A stretch of 64,000 bases of DNA. Origin: Owenia fusiformis (Eukaryota). A program made the translations under genes and the position numbers. Each line of letters opens with the position of its first letter. The stretch's first letter is position 1. The notes beneath the pieces were generated by a model. It was not told where the DNA came from. It made no database searches and saw nothing but the letters and a program-made list of their open reading frames with translations. Location of the stretch: positions 44,144,001 through 44,208,000 of the forward strand of contig CAIIXF020000001.1 in NCBI GenBank assembly GCA_903813345.2. Direction: 5' to 3'. Shown here piece after piece: positions 15,401 to 25,407 of the stretch.

Positions 15401-18400
15401 CTTGTAATGGATTTGAAAATTCTAAATTGCTTTGTGCTTTCTAATGTTTTAAGTGCTATCATATGTTTATGTGGCAATTGCTCTTTTAATTCCTTATAGA
15501 GCCTCTATCTAAAAATGTACCCTGGTTTGAATTCACAAAACCATAAAATGTTAACTTACCCTTCAGTGAGTTCTCTGTACTCTCCCACCTTAGAGGCCAT
15601 GTTAACAATCTGATGCATGATCTCCATACAAACACCATAGTGTTTCTCATACTTTGCCTTGGCTCTTTCTGCAGCTATCTGGTCATGTAACTCCTTGTCT
15701 TTCTTGGTCTGATCAATATATTCAAGCTTAGCCAGTCTAGCCATTTCCTGCAATGAAATTAATATAAATGTGTGAGTTTCCTGACCAGTGTCATATACTT
15801 ACTAAAATGTGTCACCGGGATTTCATTGTTTATTATACAAAGGCAATTAAATTGAGCATTATGCAGTGCATGGCTCTAGAATGCAATCTGAAAACATCAT
15901 TTTCAATACATTAAGATAGCCAACAGGAATTACCTACACTTCAGTTTTCAACTAAATCTACTTACAGCTTCCCGATTGAGCGCATCCTCAAACTCCCTCA
16001 GACGTCTCTCCTCGTATTGCTTTTCTCGTAGGATTCTGTTCTTGCGAATCACCTCCTTCTCGTGCCTTGCCTGTAGTAGTTGGACAGCAATACGGCGTTC
16101 TTGTTGGGATTGACGCATTAACCGATTTACTAACATTTCTTCTCTACGGGCCTCCTACAATCAATGTTCAAGGCACAAATTATTAATAAATTTTTAGGAT
16201 ATTTCAACAAAAAATTTTTTTGAAATGTATCAGAATACATGTAAGTGATTTGCATATTTCATTTAGCTAATTAGCAATTACTTAATTAGAGAATAATAAC
16301 ACACATGATAATACCAAATACCAAATATATTAGTATTTTTATGATAAATTATCAAAACAAATCCAGTGCAATCACTGAATCAATCAATAGTTTATTGCAT
16401 AAATGAGTCATAAGCATTTTGGGAGTTTACCTCTTGTGCTTCATGAGCCTTTAATTGATCAACCAGAACTTTCCTTCGACGTTTCTCCCTTTCTAAACGA
16501 GCAGCAGAATCCTCATTCAACCTTTTCCTGATCTTGTGTATGTATTCATCATTGCTGGAGGGTGTTATTAGAGCCACTGGGTCTATCTGGATGTCAGTAT
16601 CTTCTCTGGCTAGAAGGGATGCCATGTCTTCCTCACTGCAAACGTGTTTGCATCAATAATATTATAGGTATTCAATGCAGTAAATGTGTACATGTGCTAA
16701 TAATTACTAGAACTTATCTTTTTGCAGAGGCCATGAGACACCATGTATGACTTCTACATGTATGGGAAGCTGCAAGCTATTGAACACTTAACATTTTATT
16801 AAAGGCTTTGCATGAGAGTCAAATTTTATCATATTTTTTACATGCATGTACTGTACATTTCACAATCTCTCTCCTTTGTTGCCACTTAATTATTATCAAC
16901 TTTCTTCAGATTCTTATACATATGTCAGGCTTGAGCCAGGGGGGTTTGCAGGGTTTGGGCGAACCCCCCTGGCTAAAAATTCTTTCAAAATCATGCAGTT
17001 TTTCACCATTTTGGGGACTTCTCAAGTGATTTTAGCCATATTAGGGCCAAAATTGTCAAATGTGAACCCCCTGGAAATTTTTGAAAACTGAACCCCCCCC
17101 CCCTTGGCAAGTACTGGCTACGGGCCTGGATGTCTTATTAATTATTAAGAGCTTGGACAATATTGTTACATCTATAAATGCTCCTAAATGTCTCAGATGT
17201 TCTTACCCATTCTCATCAAATGGTTTAGTTGGTGGAAGAGTCTTCTTCAATCTGTCTTCAAACATTTCAATATCTTGGCTCATGTCCTAAAATAACAACA
17301 GTACAAAGTTAATTTTGTATGTCATTTTGCCACACTCATAGGTTTCAAGTGCCACTGTTGTAATTAGTGAGAGCAAATGATAATTAAAATAAAAAAAAAT
17401 AGTTTCTTGGTATCATGACATCATTTTATGCAATTCGATAGATGTTTCTGAGAAATCATGTCATCTTTTGATTCATCAGAGAAACAATAATACATATTGG
17501 CTAGATTGATGATGTCATTGGTTGTAGGTAGCCAATTACTTGTCTAATACATGTTTATTCTATTTTGTGGATGTGCTTACCAGAGTTTCTCAGTTACAAT
17601 GTTGCCCTTTTCTAATTTTTATCTTTCAATTGAAAGCAAGGCAAGTATGCTTTTCTTTAAAATATATGCTCCAGCATGAATATTTTTGAAAGTGCTTTCA
17701 AAATAAGGTGTGTGTGTGTGAGAAAATATTTTGATTTTTTATTAATTTTCAACAAAATATTACATACATTGGCTTCTTTGGTCTTTCTAGCTTCTCTCTG
17801 CATATGGAGGGCTTCCAAGGTGCGGTTGGGTGGAGGCTTGGGGATATGTACTGTGGCAGCTCTAAATCAACATGTAAGCTCACTATGTCACTTTTATGTA
17901 CTTATACATATATAAATTTGAAACATACAGATATTTAACTCTCTTATGTAATTAGGTGACCATACATTGCCCATGCACTTGACACCTTGAGCAAGTAATG
18001 TTTTTGCTTCAATTAAACAATGTCACCCAAATTAATTAATTCCTGCTCAAAGTTGGTTTTCAAAAAAATCATTTCAATAAGCAAATAGATGAGTGACATT
18101 GGAAAATGGAAAAGTATACAAATTAGGCACATCACTACATATACGGTATTAATTTACTTATTAACATCATCATTTAAGTCATGGTGCTCAGCTCAGTTTT
18201 CAGATTGATATGAACTAACTGCTCGTCTTGAAACAAGTCTCTGGTCACCTGAATCTTTTATTCTTACCCATCCTGTATAAGGGAGGATGGATGGAGGGGG
18301 TGGTGGTTACTGGTTAGGGGCTCGATGCGAGGCTCATTACATGTAAAAAAACTTACTTTATTTTTGCAATCATCTCTGACTGTTTCTGCTTAGCTTCCTT

Positions 18401-21400
18401 AGATTTCTGCAGCAGATTCTGTCTCTCTGTCTGGAACTGGTTCTTAAGTCTCTCTTGTTCCTCAAACCTGTCTTTGAATGCTTTCTTTTCCAGTTCTATT
18501 TGTTTCTGGTGGAAGCGGCCAGCAAGTTTCTCCAAATTCAGGTCTGTCTGCCGTGGAGTCAAATGCTTCAGTCTCTGAATATGAAAAAATATATTTTTAT
18601 GAATTTTGTACACCAATTCATCCAAAAGGGTACTATCTTAAGGTACAGCTGGAAAGTGACATTTTGGTAAAAAATTGCTATACCAGCACATGTTATTTTC
18701 TGGTACAAAATAAAGTATGAAGACATGTGTCAATTGCCTTGCTTTTTTCAGCAAAGTATCATTACATTGTCTTCTTTTAGAATATCTAGTAGAAGTTCAA
18801 TGGGAACTCAAGGAAATTCTGATATTTCACACTTTCTATTTTTCCAAATTTTCTTTTAAAGTTTCCAGACAACACAGGAGCTACCATTGACCCGTTTCCA
18901 GGTTTACTAAAAGTAGACAGTGTAATGATACTTTCCTGAAAAAACCAAGGAAATACACACATGTCTTCATACTTAATTTTGTACCAGAAAATAACATGTG
19001 CAGGTATAGCAATTTTTTACCAAAATGTTACTTTCCAGCTGAACCTTAAACCTGCACATCGCTCCAAAACGCAATATGTTGACATATATTGTTTTTACAT
19101 TTTCAAGCTCTATATAAAGTTTATGTAAATAAAAATTGTTTTTTTCTGCGTAATATCAAAGAACAATCATTTAGTTAAAAAAATAAAAAGGCGAAAGCGG
19201 GATTCGAACCCGAGCCTCCCGCGTGCTAAGCGAGGATTCTACCGCTACACCACCGTGTTCTTATGAATAATGGAAGTAATTAAACGCTACTTATTTTGAA
19301 TGCTATGATTCGGAAGTGACGTCACATTCTTCATTTAGAAACCTTTCCAAAATCATATTGCCGGCTCCGATCGAAGCAAATTTAATGAAAAATCTTTGAA
19401 ATGACACATTTATCGTAAGTTTTTCTACACAAGATTTGCCCCATTTGTTCATCATTCTATAATCTTTCATTAAGCTCAAAATTATAAAGTTCACCCCGAA
19501 ACAACCCAAGATTGCGTTTCGGAGCGAAGTCCAGCTTTAATGAGAAACATACATGATGTACCTAAAAGAGATTTCAAACTAAATTTGTATTCTTCGAAGT
19601 TTAAATATACTCAACATGGGCAAATTGTTTGCAATACATTTCCATGCTAACAGGATTACAGGTATAAAAATTCTTCAATACCAAAAATTCTTGTCATGAA
19701 CCCAATAATATGTCACCAGAAAATAACCAATATTTACCTCTTTGTACATGAGACTCTCCACACCTTCTAGCTTTACAGGAGCAGCTGGTCTCATCGTCTC
19801 CATGGCAACACCTGTCAGATTAGCCTTGGTCTTCTTATTGAGAGCGATGAACATCTGATAGACCACCCTTGTAGCCTCCCCTGGTTTCTCTGTCATGATA
19901 TCTCTGGCAACATTTGTATCAAATGGGATCTCCAGGAGATGCAGTACTGGCTCCAGTCTTGTGAAGTTGTTCAACTTAGAGTCAGCCGTTCTGGTGAATA
20001 AAGTGTTTTTAAATTGTAGATCTATTTTAATGAGAGGAAGGAATTACACTACTTAGATATGTAATGTGAGTTGTAAAGCTCAACATTGGTTCGGTTAAGT
20101 CCATATGTACATCATTTTGATTTACATTCCAAATAAATTTACATAGCCACAGCTAAAGCTTTAAACATTATAATAGTTACTACACTTACTTGTTTTGAGA
20201 AAATTGATCAAAGTCATCTTGGAGTTGGTACTTGTATAAGACCTCTCCCATAAGATACCCAGTTGAAAACTCCTTTGCAAAGTTGGTATGATCTGGAATA
20301 AATCATACACATTTTATGTCTTGTATAAGTTAGTACCTGAAGTTAGTAAACATCCATAAATATCAGCACATTTATTTTGTTGAGTCAACCATCAATGACC
20401 ATTGAGCATAAGGACAATATTCAAGAGATGTAAAATGAAATGTAAAATGGACTTGCTTCTATAAATTCCAGTACTTTTGATTTAAAGCATCGATGCACAC
20501 ATTGCAATCTGCACACGCTTCTTTCCAATTTGGATTTCCCACCTGCACTAAAAAAGTCCATTCCAATTCCCGGGTTACAATAATTCTCAATATAGTAAAA
20601 CCTGTCTAATCCGAACGCCATTGGGACCGGATAAAAGCGTTCAGATTAGGAGGTGTTCACATTTCGAGGTTTTAGCATTCGCAATATTCCCGATTCTGAA
20701 GAAATGTGAACACATTCTCAGTAAATATTTATAGTTCTTTTGACCACATAGCTTTATGGCATTCCAGAAATTTGAAAATTTGATTCAAATCTAATCATGC
20801 TGGAAAGCCCCATTATGAATGAGACCATTCAAGATTATTTCCCAAAGTTTTGATATCATGACAAAATTTGAGCAATTTTGTATGAAACATCAGAAATTTT
20901 ATGAAAAGTGTTCAGATTAGACAGGTGAATTTTTCAAATATGACTGTTCACTGTTCAAATTGGGAGGTTTCACATTTCAAGGTTTTTTTTAACATGGGAG
21001 TCAATGGGAGGAAAAAATGGGACCAAAAAAAGTGTTCAGATTGGGAGGTGTTTGAATTAGCCAGGTGTTCAGATATACAGGTTCTACTCTAGTTTGTTTT
21101 GCTGCCCTGTCAACCCTCACGCATTAGGCGTGATTGTCACACGTTTGCTGGAAAAATAGAAATCATGCATCAATTTTGCGTGTATGATCAAATATAACGC
21201 AAATCACCATTTTGTTGATACTTTTAAAAATCGTTTTTTTGTGAAATGCCGACACGGTAAAATACCGGACGGCGAAAAAAAGCGAACGCATTCCGTTCGG
21301 TCTCTGCACACGATTGCCATTTATGTCACGCATTTGGTACAAAATATGTGTATATATCACGCATTTGTTTCGAAAATATTTACACCTAACCATTGACGGA

Positions 21401-23978
21401 TTTGAACGGAAAAATTTTAGGTGTCCAAAATCTATCAGTGTTCACTTAAGGTCTCATGGAAGTTAACAGGAAATGACAAAACAAAAAATGACAAAGCCAT
21501 GCTGGATTTTGAATTTTTTTTGAACCAAGATAACAGAGTTCTGTTTGGACCTCCAGTCAGTTTAACTAGTTCCACATATCATTTACATGACTGGAACACA
21601 ATTGAAATGGTCAGAATGACCATAAACATGATAAAATAACCTTTTCAGCCCTCTGAAAATGTGACTGAAAAATAGCTAAAAGTAGGTGCTCAGGAAAGGT
21701 CAATCAACAGAATCTTTTGATTTTTTCAGAAAATGTGTCCAATATATTGCTCTAAATGACACAATCTTTGAAATTTTAAAAGATTGTCTGAAACAATAAT
21801 GGCTGTAGTAAAAAGGAAAATAGATCGATTTTCAATTCAGTTTTTTTAAATTTTTTATTTTTCTAAGAATGATATCAGATTTTTTTTAAATTGTATCATT
21901 TAGAGCAATATATTGGGCACATTTTCTGAAAAAGTCAAAAGATTCTGTTCAGTGACCTTTCCTGAGCACTGACTCTTAGCTATTTTTTAGTCACATTTTC
22001 AGAGGGCTGAAAAGGTTATTCTCTCATGTTTATGGTCATTCTGACCATTTCAATTGTGTTCCCGGTCATGTAAATGATATGTGGAACTAGTTAAACTGAC
22101 TGGAGGTCCAAACAGAACTCTGTTATCTTGGTTCAAAAAATTTTCAAAATCCAGCATGGCTTTGTCATTTTTTGTTTTGTCATTTCCTGTTAACTTCCAT
22201 GAGACCTTAAGCTGTCCAAAATTTGAAGGAAGGTGTTCAACATTTGGAAGTCACTCATGTTAGATGGTCCCAAGTTGACAGCCCTGGTTTTGTAACAAAT
22301 TTGGTTGAAGTACCATTCGAAAACAATGTTTTTTTTTCATTTATTAACTTAACTGCCGCATAATATTCAGACAAAGACTTAGACAATTCATATCTAAATG
22401 AACGATGGGTATGATTCTACTCTCGCTTAATCAAAGATCACACCGCCATCTAAATGAGAATACTGTATGTACTGTAGCTTCAACTGACTAATGCCTGGCA
22501 TGCATGCTAGAAATAAAGTGTATCAAAACTTCCGGAATTTATGAAGAAGCATGCAAATCTGATTAACATTTCAATTTATATCTTTGTATTGGATATTGTG
22601 CTTATGCTCAATGGTTGATGCAACAAAGTCGTTGTTCCGATATTTATGAATGTTTACTAATTTTTAACTTCTGGAAGGTGATAGTCTGTTACCTAAATTT
22701 TATTTTTCGCAATCAAAGTAGCCAGAACCTATAAAATAAGAAATCAAAAGACCATTGTGCAACAATATGTAATGACCCGTGAGCACGCTTGTCCAGGGAG
22801 CTGTAATGTAATGAGTCAGATACTAGACCTGCACTAGATTCAATGCCTAAAGTGGGAATCGAACTAAGGACTCTCCACTCACAAGTATGACGCTCTATCA
22901 CTTTAGCCAAAAAGACTAGCCACTACAGCTAAGACTGTAGTAGCGACTTGCTATCAAGGGTCATTATACTATTCCCCTGAAGGACAACGTCCTGTCATAA
23001 TACACAAGGGAAGTCCCATATCCGATACCAATGTAACGACCCATAGGTACGCTCTTCGGGAGAGCTATAGTGTAACGAGCCAGATACTAGACCTGAAAGG
23101 GAGTGTGTTAGAATGCCCCGTACATGAATGACATTTGTATGAATGACATAGTTGCGTCAACCATTGTGCATATAAGCACAATATCCAAAAGATATCAAAT
23201 TACAGACTCATTTCCTCATAAGGTCTGGTAGTTTTGATTCGTAATACTATCAAACAACATGCGAAAATCTAAATTTGGTTCATTTTATTTTGAGCATGCA
23301 TGCTAGGGGTCACACGATACATTATCTTTAATTTCGATACGAGCAACGATATTTACCTCACGATACGATACAAACGATACGAGCAATGTAACAGCGCAAC
23401 AAATATTTTTATTTCAAATAAATATATGGGAAACAAGAGATGACGATGCCAAATGCACCAACCGCCCAATTTCGAACTTGTGACACAGTATGTAACTCTG
23501 AATGTCCTCCTAAAACTAATGTCCACTAGACTAGTGTCCATCCATGATTTATATTTTTTTTCATGATCTTATCCAAAGTTTTTTCATTCAACATTAGTTC
23601 ATTCTATGCCAGATCATACAAGGAACAAAATGCAAAAAAACGGGAAGATACAATCTAACATTATTTGATATGCTTTCGAACATGATTTTGCTGTTTTGGG
23701 AGCTGTTAAAACGATACAGAATTTTGACCGATATTCAAGTTGAGTATCGATACGCTCATATCTTGACCAATTGCTCGAGCAAATCGGAGCAATCGCGAGA
23801 CCCCTAATGCATGCCCCATGCATCATAAAAATGAACCATGTGCAGACTGCAGATTGCAAGTGTTAGACGATCAAAATTTGTCTTCTCATCTGATTCAATC
23901 GTAATTGGGAAACATCTTACCTATTACTGTAGAAACTTTAAGCTCATCATTGAGCCATTTATTTAGTATTTCCGTCAT
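482..23978 (-). CDS. SPEF2: Sperm flagellar protein 2 (SPEF2/KPL2), 5' 28 coding exons; 3' end lies beyond the left window edge
   Basis: Exons (plus coords, transcript order): 23921-23978, 20190-20292, 19738-19990, 18357-18574, 17768-17861, 17207-17286, 16431-16635, 15966-16154, 15560-15747, 15037-15211, 14567-14683, 13560-13662, 13221-13306, 12823-13018, 12311-12459, 10112-10215, 9067-9206, 8619-8765, 7844-7979, 7108-7249, 6731-6902, 5731-5874, 3705-3862, 3114-3308, 2661-2870, 2334-2450, 1738-1976, 482-704. All GT-AG with compatible phases (4341 nt). The N-terminus MTEILNKWLNDELKVSTVIDHTNFAKEFSTGYLMGEVLYKYQLQDDF...SKLNNFTRLEPVLHLL matches the SPEF2 CH-like domain; the coiled coil LVNRLMRQSQQERRIAVQL, P-loop GKIFSGKT and adenylate-kinase-like GWVLDGFP are present. 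Confidence 0.95.
982..1540 (+). mobile_element. Non-autonomous element with 12-bp inverted ends, 3' hairpin and internal ~115-125-bp tandem repeats (HINE/Helentron-like)
   Basis: AATGTCACCACC (982-993) / GGTGGTGACATT (1529-1540); hairpin GTCACCAC-n6-GTGGTGAC at 1516-1537; about 4 units of AAATCTAAAGTCAGATTTGAACT...TTGGTCAATTTGAAGCAAGTTGAAAAA. The same 5' end recurs at about 265-290 and 13411-13520. Confidence 0.6.
3911..4115 (+). mobile_element. Small GC-rich MITE-like repeat (CAGGC..GTAGCCAGG ends)
   Basis: Imperfect terminal inverted repeats; inverted copy at 16926-17129; relatives near 7560-7710, 26600-26770, 27399-27695, 46660-46860 and 54205-54260. Confidence 0.6.
4490..5640 (-). mobile_element. 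5'-truncated non-LTR retrotransposon (CR1/L2-group-like) 3' fragment
   Basis: Post-RT region LENMYLSFILPKLEYGSILF...LDQVHYRAALLVSG...LNWNDLLTRR, then after a frameshift a CCHC knuckle (CLCGYRDQTTKHLIFNCP) and LLFG; 3' stem-loop ACAGGGCC/GGCCCTGT at 4522-4554; AATAAA at 4491-4496. Confidence 0.85.
9620..10037 (+). mobile_element. hAT-like MITE
   Basis: TIR TAGGGGTCCC/GGGACCCCTA; exact 8-bp TSD GTTATAAG. Confidence 0.85.
16926..17129 (-). mobile_element. Inverted copy of the 3911-4115 MITE family
   Basis: Reverse-complement similarity along its length (shared spurious ORF text GGFAGFGRTP, NSFKIMQFFTIL). Confidence 0.7.
18642..19045. mobile_element. TTAA-flanked MITE with ~90-bp TIRs (Kolobok-like GG ends)
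   Basis: TTAA|GGTACAGCTGGAAAGTGACATTTTGG...CCAAAATGTTACTTTCCAGCTGAACC|TTAA. Confidence 0.8.
19050..19536. mobile_element. Second TTAA-flanked MITE abutting the first; carries a tRNA-like cassette
   Basis: TIRs ACCTGCACATCGCTCCAAAACGCAAT / ATTGCGTTTCGGAGCGAAGTCCAGCT; shares the TTAA at 19046-19049, second TTAA at 19537-19540. Confidence 0.75.
19190..19260 (-). pseudogene. tRNA-Ala(AGC)-like sequence (pseudo-tRNA / Pol III cassette)
   Basis: A box TGGTGTAGCGG, anticodon arm CTCGC-TTAGCAC-GCGGG, B box GGTTCGAATCC, followed by a T-run; the acceptor stem does not pair. Confidence 0.7.
20593..21091. mobile_element. Tc1/pogo-type MITE
   Basis: Ends TAGTAAAACCTGTCTAATCCGAAC / GTTCAGATATACAGGTTCTACT; truncated relative at about 3377-3490. 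Confidence 0.6.
21102..22286. mobile_element. hAT-like element (..CTGTCAAC/GTTGACAGCCCTG ends) hosting a nested foldback MITE
   Basis: Imperfect TIRs; 6-bp flanking direct repeat GTTTTG (21096-21101, 22287-22292). Confidence 0.5.
21450..22206. mobile_element. TTAA-flanked foldback MITE with ~315-bp near-perfect TIRs
   Basis: TTAA|GGTCTCATGGAAGTTAACAGG... and ...CCTGTTAACTTCCATGAGACC|TTAA; arms about 21450-21765 and 21888-22206. Confidence 0.9.
22768..23095 (-). mobile_element. TRIM (miniature LTR retroelement) with tRNA-like sequence inside the LTR
   Basis: Full LTR 22768-22968 bounded by TGTAATGACCC/GGGTCATTATA; partial second LTR from 23032; 63-bp internal region with PBS TGGTATCGGATATGGGAC (minus, 23013-23030) and PPT AGGGGAATAG (minus, 22969-22978); tRNA-like A/B boxes at 22845-22916. 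Confidence 0.7.
23304..23806 (+). mobile_element. hAT-like MITE, same family as 9620-10037
   Basis: TIR TAGGGGTC/GACCCCTA; exact 8-bp TSD ATGCATGC; shared subterminal CGATAC repeats. Confidence 0.85.
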
Positions 23979-24091
23979 CTTAAGATCGTAGATATTACGA
24001 GCAATTTACACCATACCTCATAAATCCAAGCTAAATACAAATAAATGCATTTATATTCAAAAAATCACATTTGAAAAATTTCCCCAGCATT

Positions 24092-24115
24092 CAAAATGGC
24101 GTATTGCTAGGCAAC
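24092..24115. promoter_or_regulatory. RFX X-box-like site (ATTGCTAGGCAAC, 24103-24115) with adjacent YY1-like CAAAATGGCG upstream of SPEF2
   Basis: Near-palindromic X-box 125-137 bp upstream of the SPEF2 ATG; RFX boxes are the canonical promoter element of ciliary genes. Confidence 0.65.
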
Positions 24116-25407
24116 AGCCAAAAATGTCGTGATTTCAAATGTCTTCTTGTACAAGGGATCGCTTGGTGCCGAAATGATATTCCTTGTTATTGGTAAAATC
24201 GTCTGTGGATAAGGTGTAAAGTCTCTTTTCTGTTTTAGAATAATATTATTGCAGAAGTAAAATAGCGACATTCAGCTTTTGAAAACCAGTCGGCATTCCG
24301 GTTTGATTTCGTTTAGTGCGTTCTTTTTAAAATGGTTTAAACTCCCGGGGACCCACACAGATCCGGAGCCAGTTCCCCTATCTGCCTATTGTGTATTGGT
24401 AGTTGGCTCAAAAGATTATTGTGCCTAGACACAGAGGAGGTAATCTAGCAGAGGTCCGTGGGGACCCAATGCCAATTAGCATTGGTAAAATAATCAGTTG
24501 ACGTACTGATTAAAAAAATATAACCAAATCTTTAGTTTTATAAAGTCGGAAGGGGTAATTTCAAACTTGCTAGCAACTCCCATTAAAATGACGTTACATT
24601 AGAATCACTAGAGGGCCGTGACATAATAAAATTGGTATTTGCCTTACAGTCTGATATTAATATCTCCCAAAAAATGATATCCGGATCGGATTCATCCTTC
24701 TTCAAAGGACTTCATTTATGCTTATTCATGGAAAAGAATTGAAATACGACGGTTACATGTATGTCCGCCATTTGTGAAAACGGTATCTGGCTTTACCGTT
24801 GTCAGGTTATTCGGGTGTGAGGATGAGCTGTTCAGGGATTCATGTCCAGAGATAAACTGACCAGGGGTTGAGGTCTAGGGGTTGAGTTGTCCGGTTACCC
24901 AGTTCCCCAAAAATTTCAAAAAGGTTTAAGTTCATTAGTTAAGAACCCCTCTTCCCCACCCTATTCTATTCTTACTTTTAAAAATGGATCTCCCACGTAT
25001 TTGTTGAGATTCGATCAACTCCGCCAACTTGAGTTCTGATAAAGTGAGAATTTTAGCAAAGAGTGCATTGACTTAACACGGTGACATCAGGAGTGACATA
25101 TATGATGGTATCCCGATGCCGTCAATGGTGTATGCCCCCATTGAAATCCTCATTTTCTCAGAAACACTCAAGTTGATCGAGTCTCAACAAGTAGATTCAT
25201 GTTTGATAGCATATTTTTCACACTATTTATTAATCATCATTCGTATTAATGACACAGTACAGTAGTTCACCTCATAAAGAGTCGTTGACTCAATATTCCG
25301 AGAGGCCATTAGAGTCAGTCACTGACCGGATACAAATCATGAGATTAATGATGCTTAAATTTAAGTTCATTTTATTGATTTAATACGTCCAAATACAAAT
25401 TAATTTT

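Noticed and set aside
19190..19260. Functional tRNA-Ala gene
   Set aside because: Acceptor stem unpaired and embedded in a MITE; kept only as tRNA-like.
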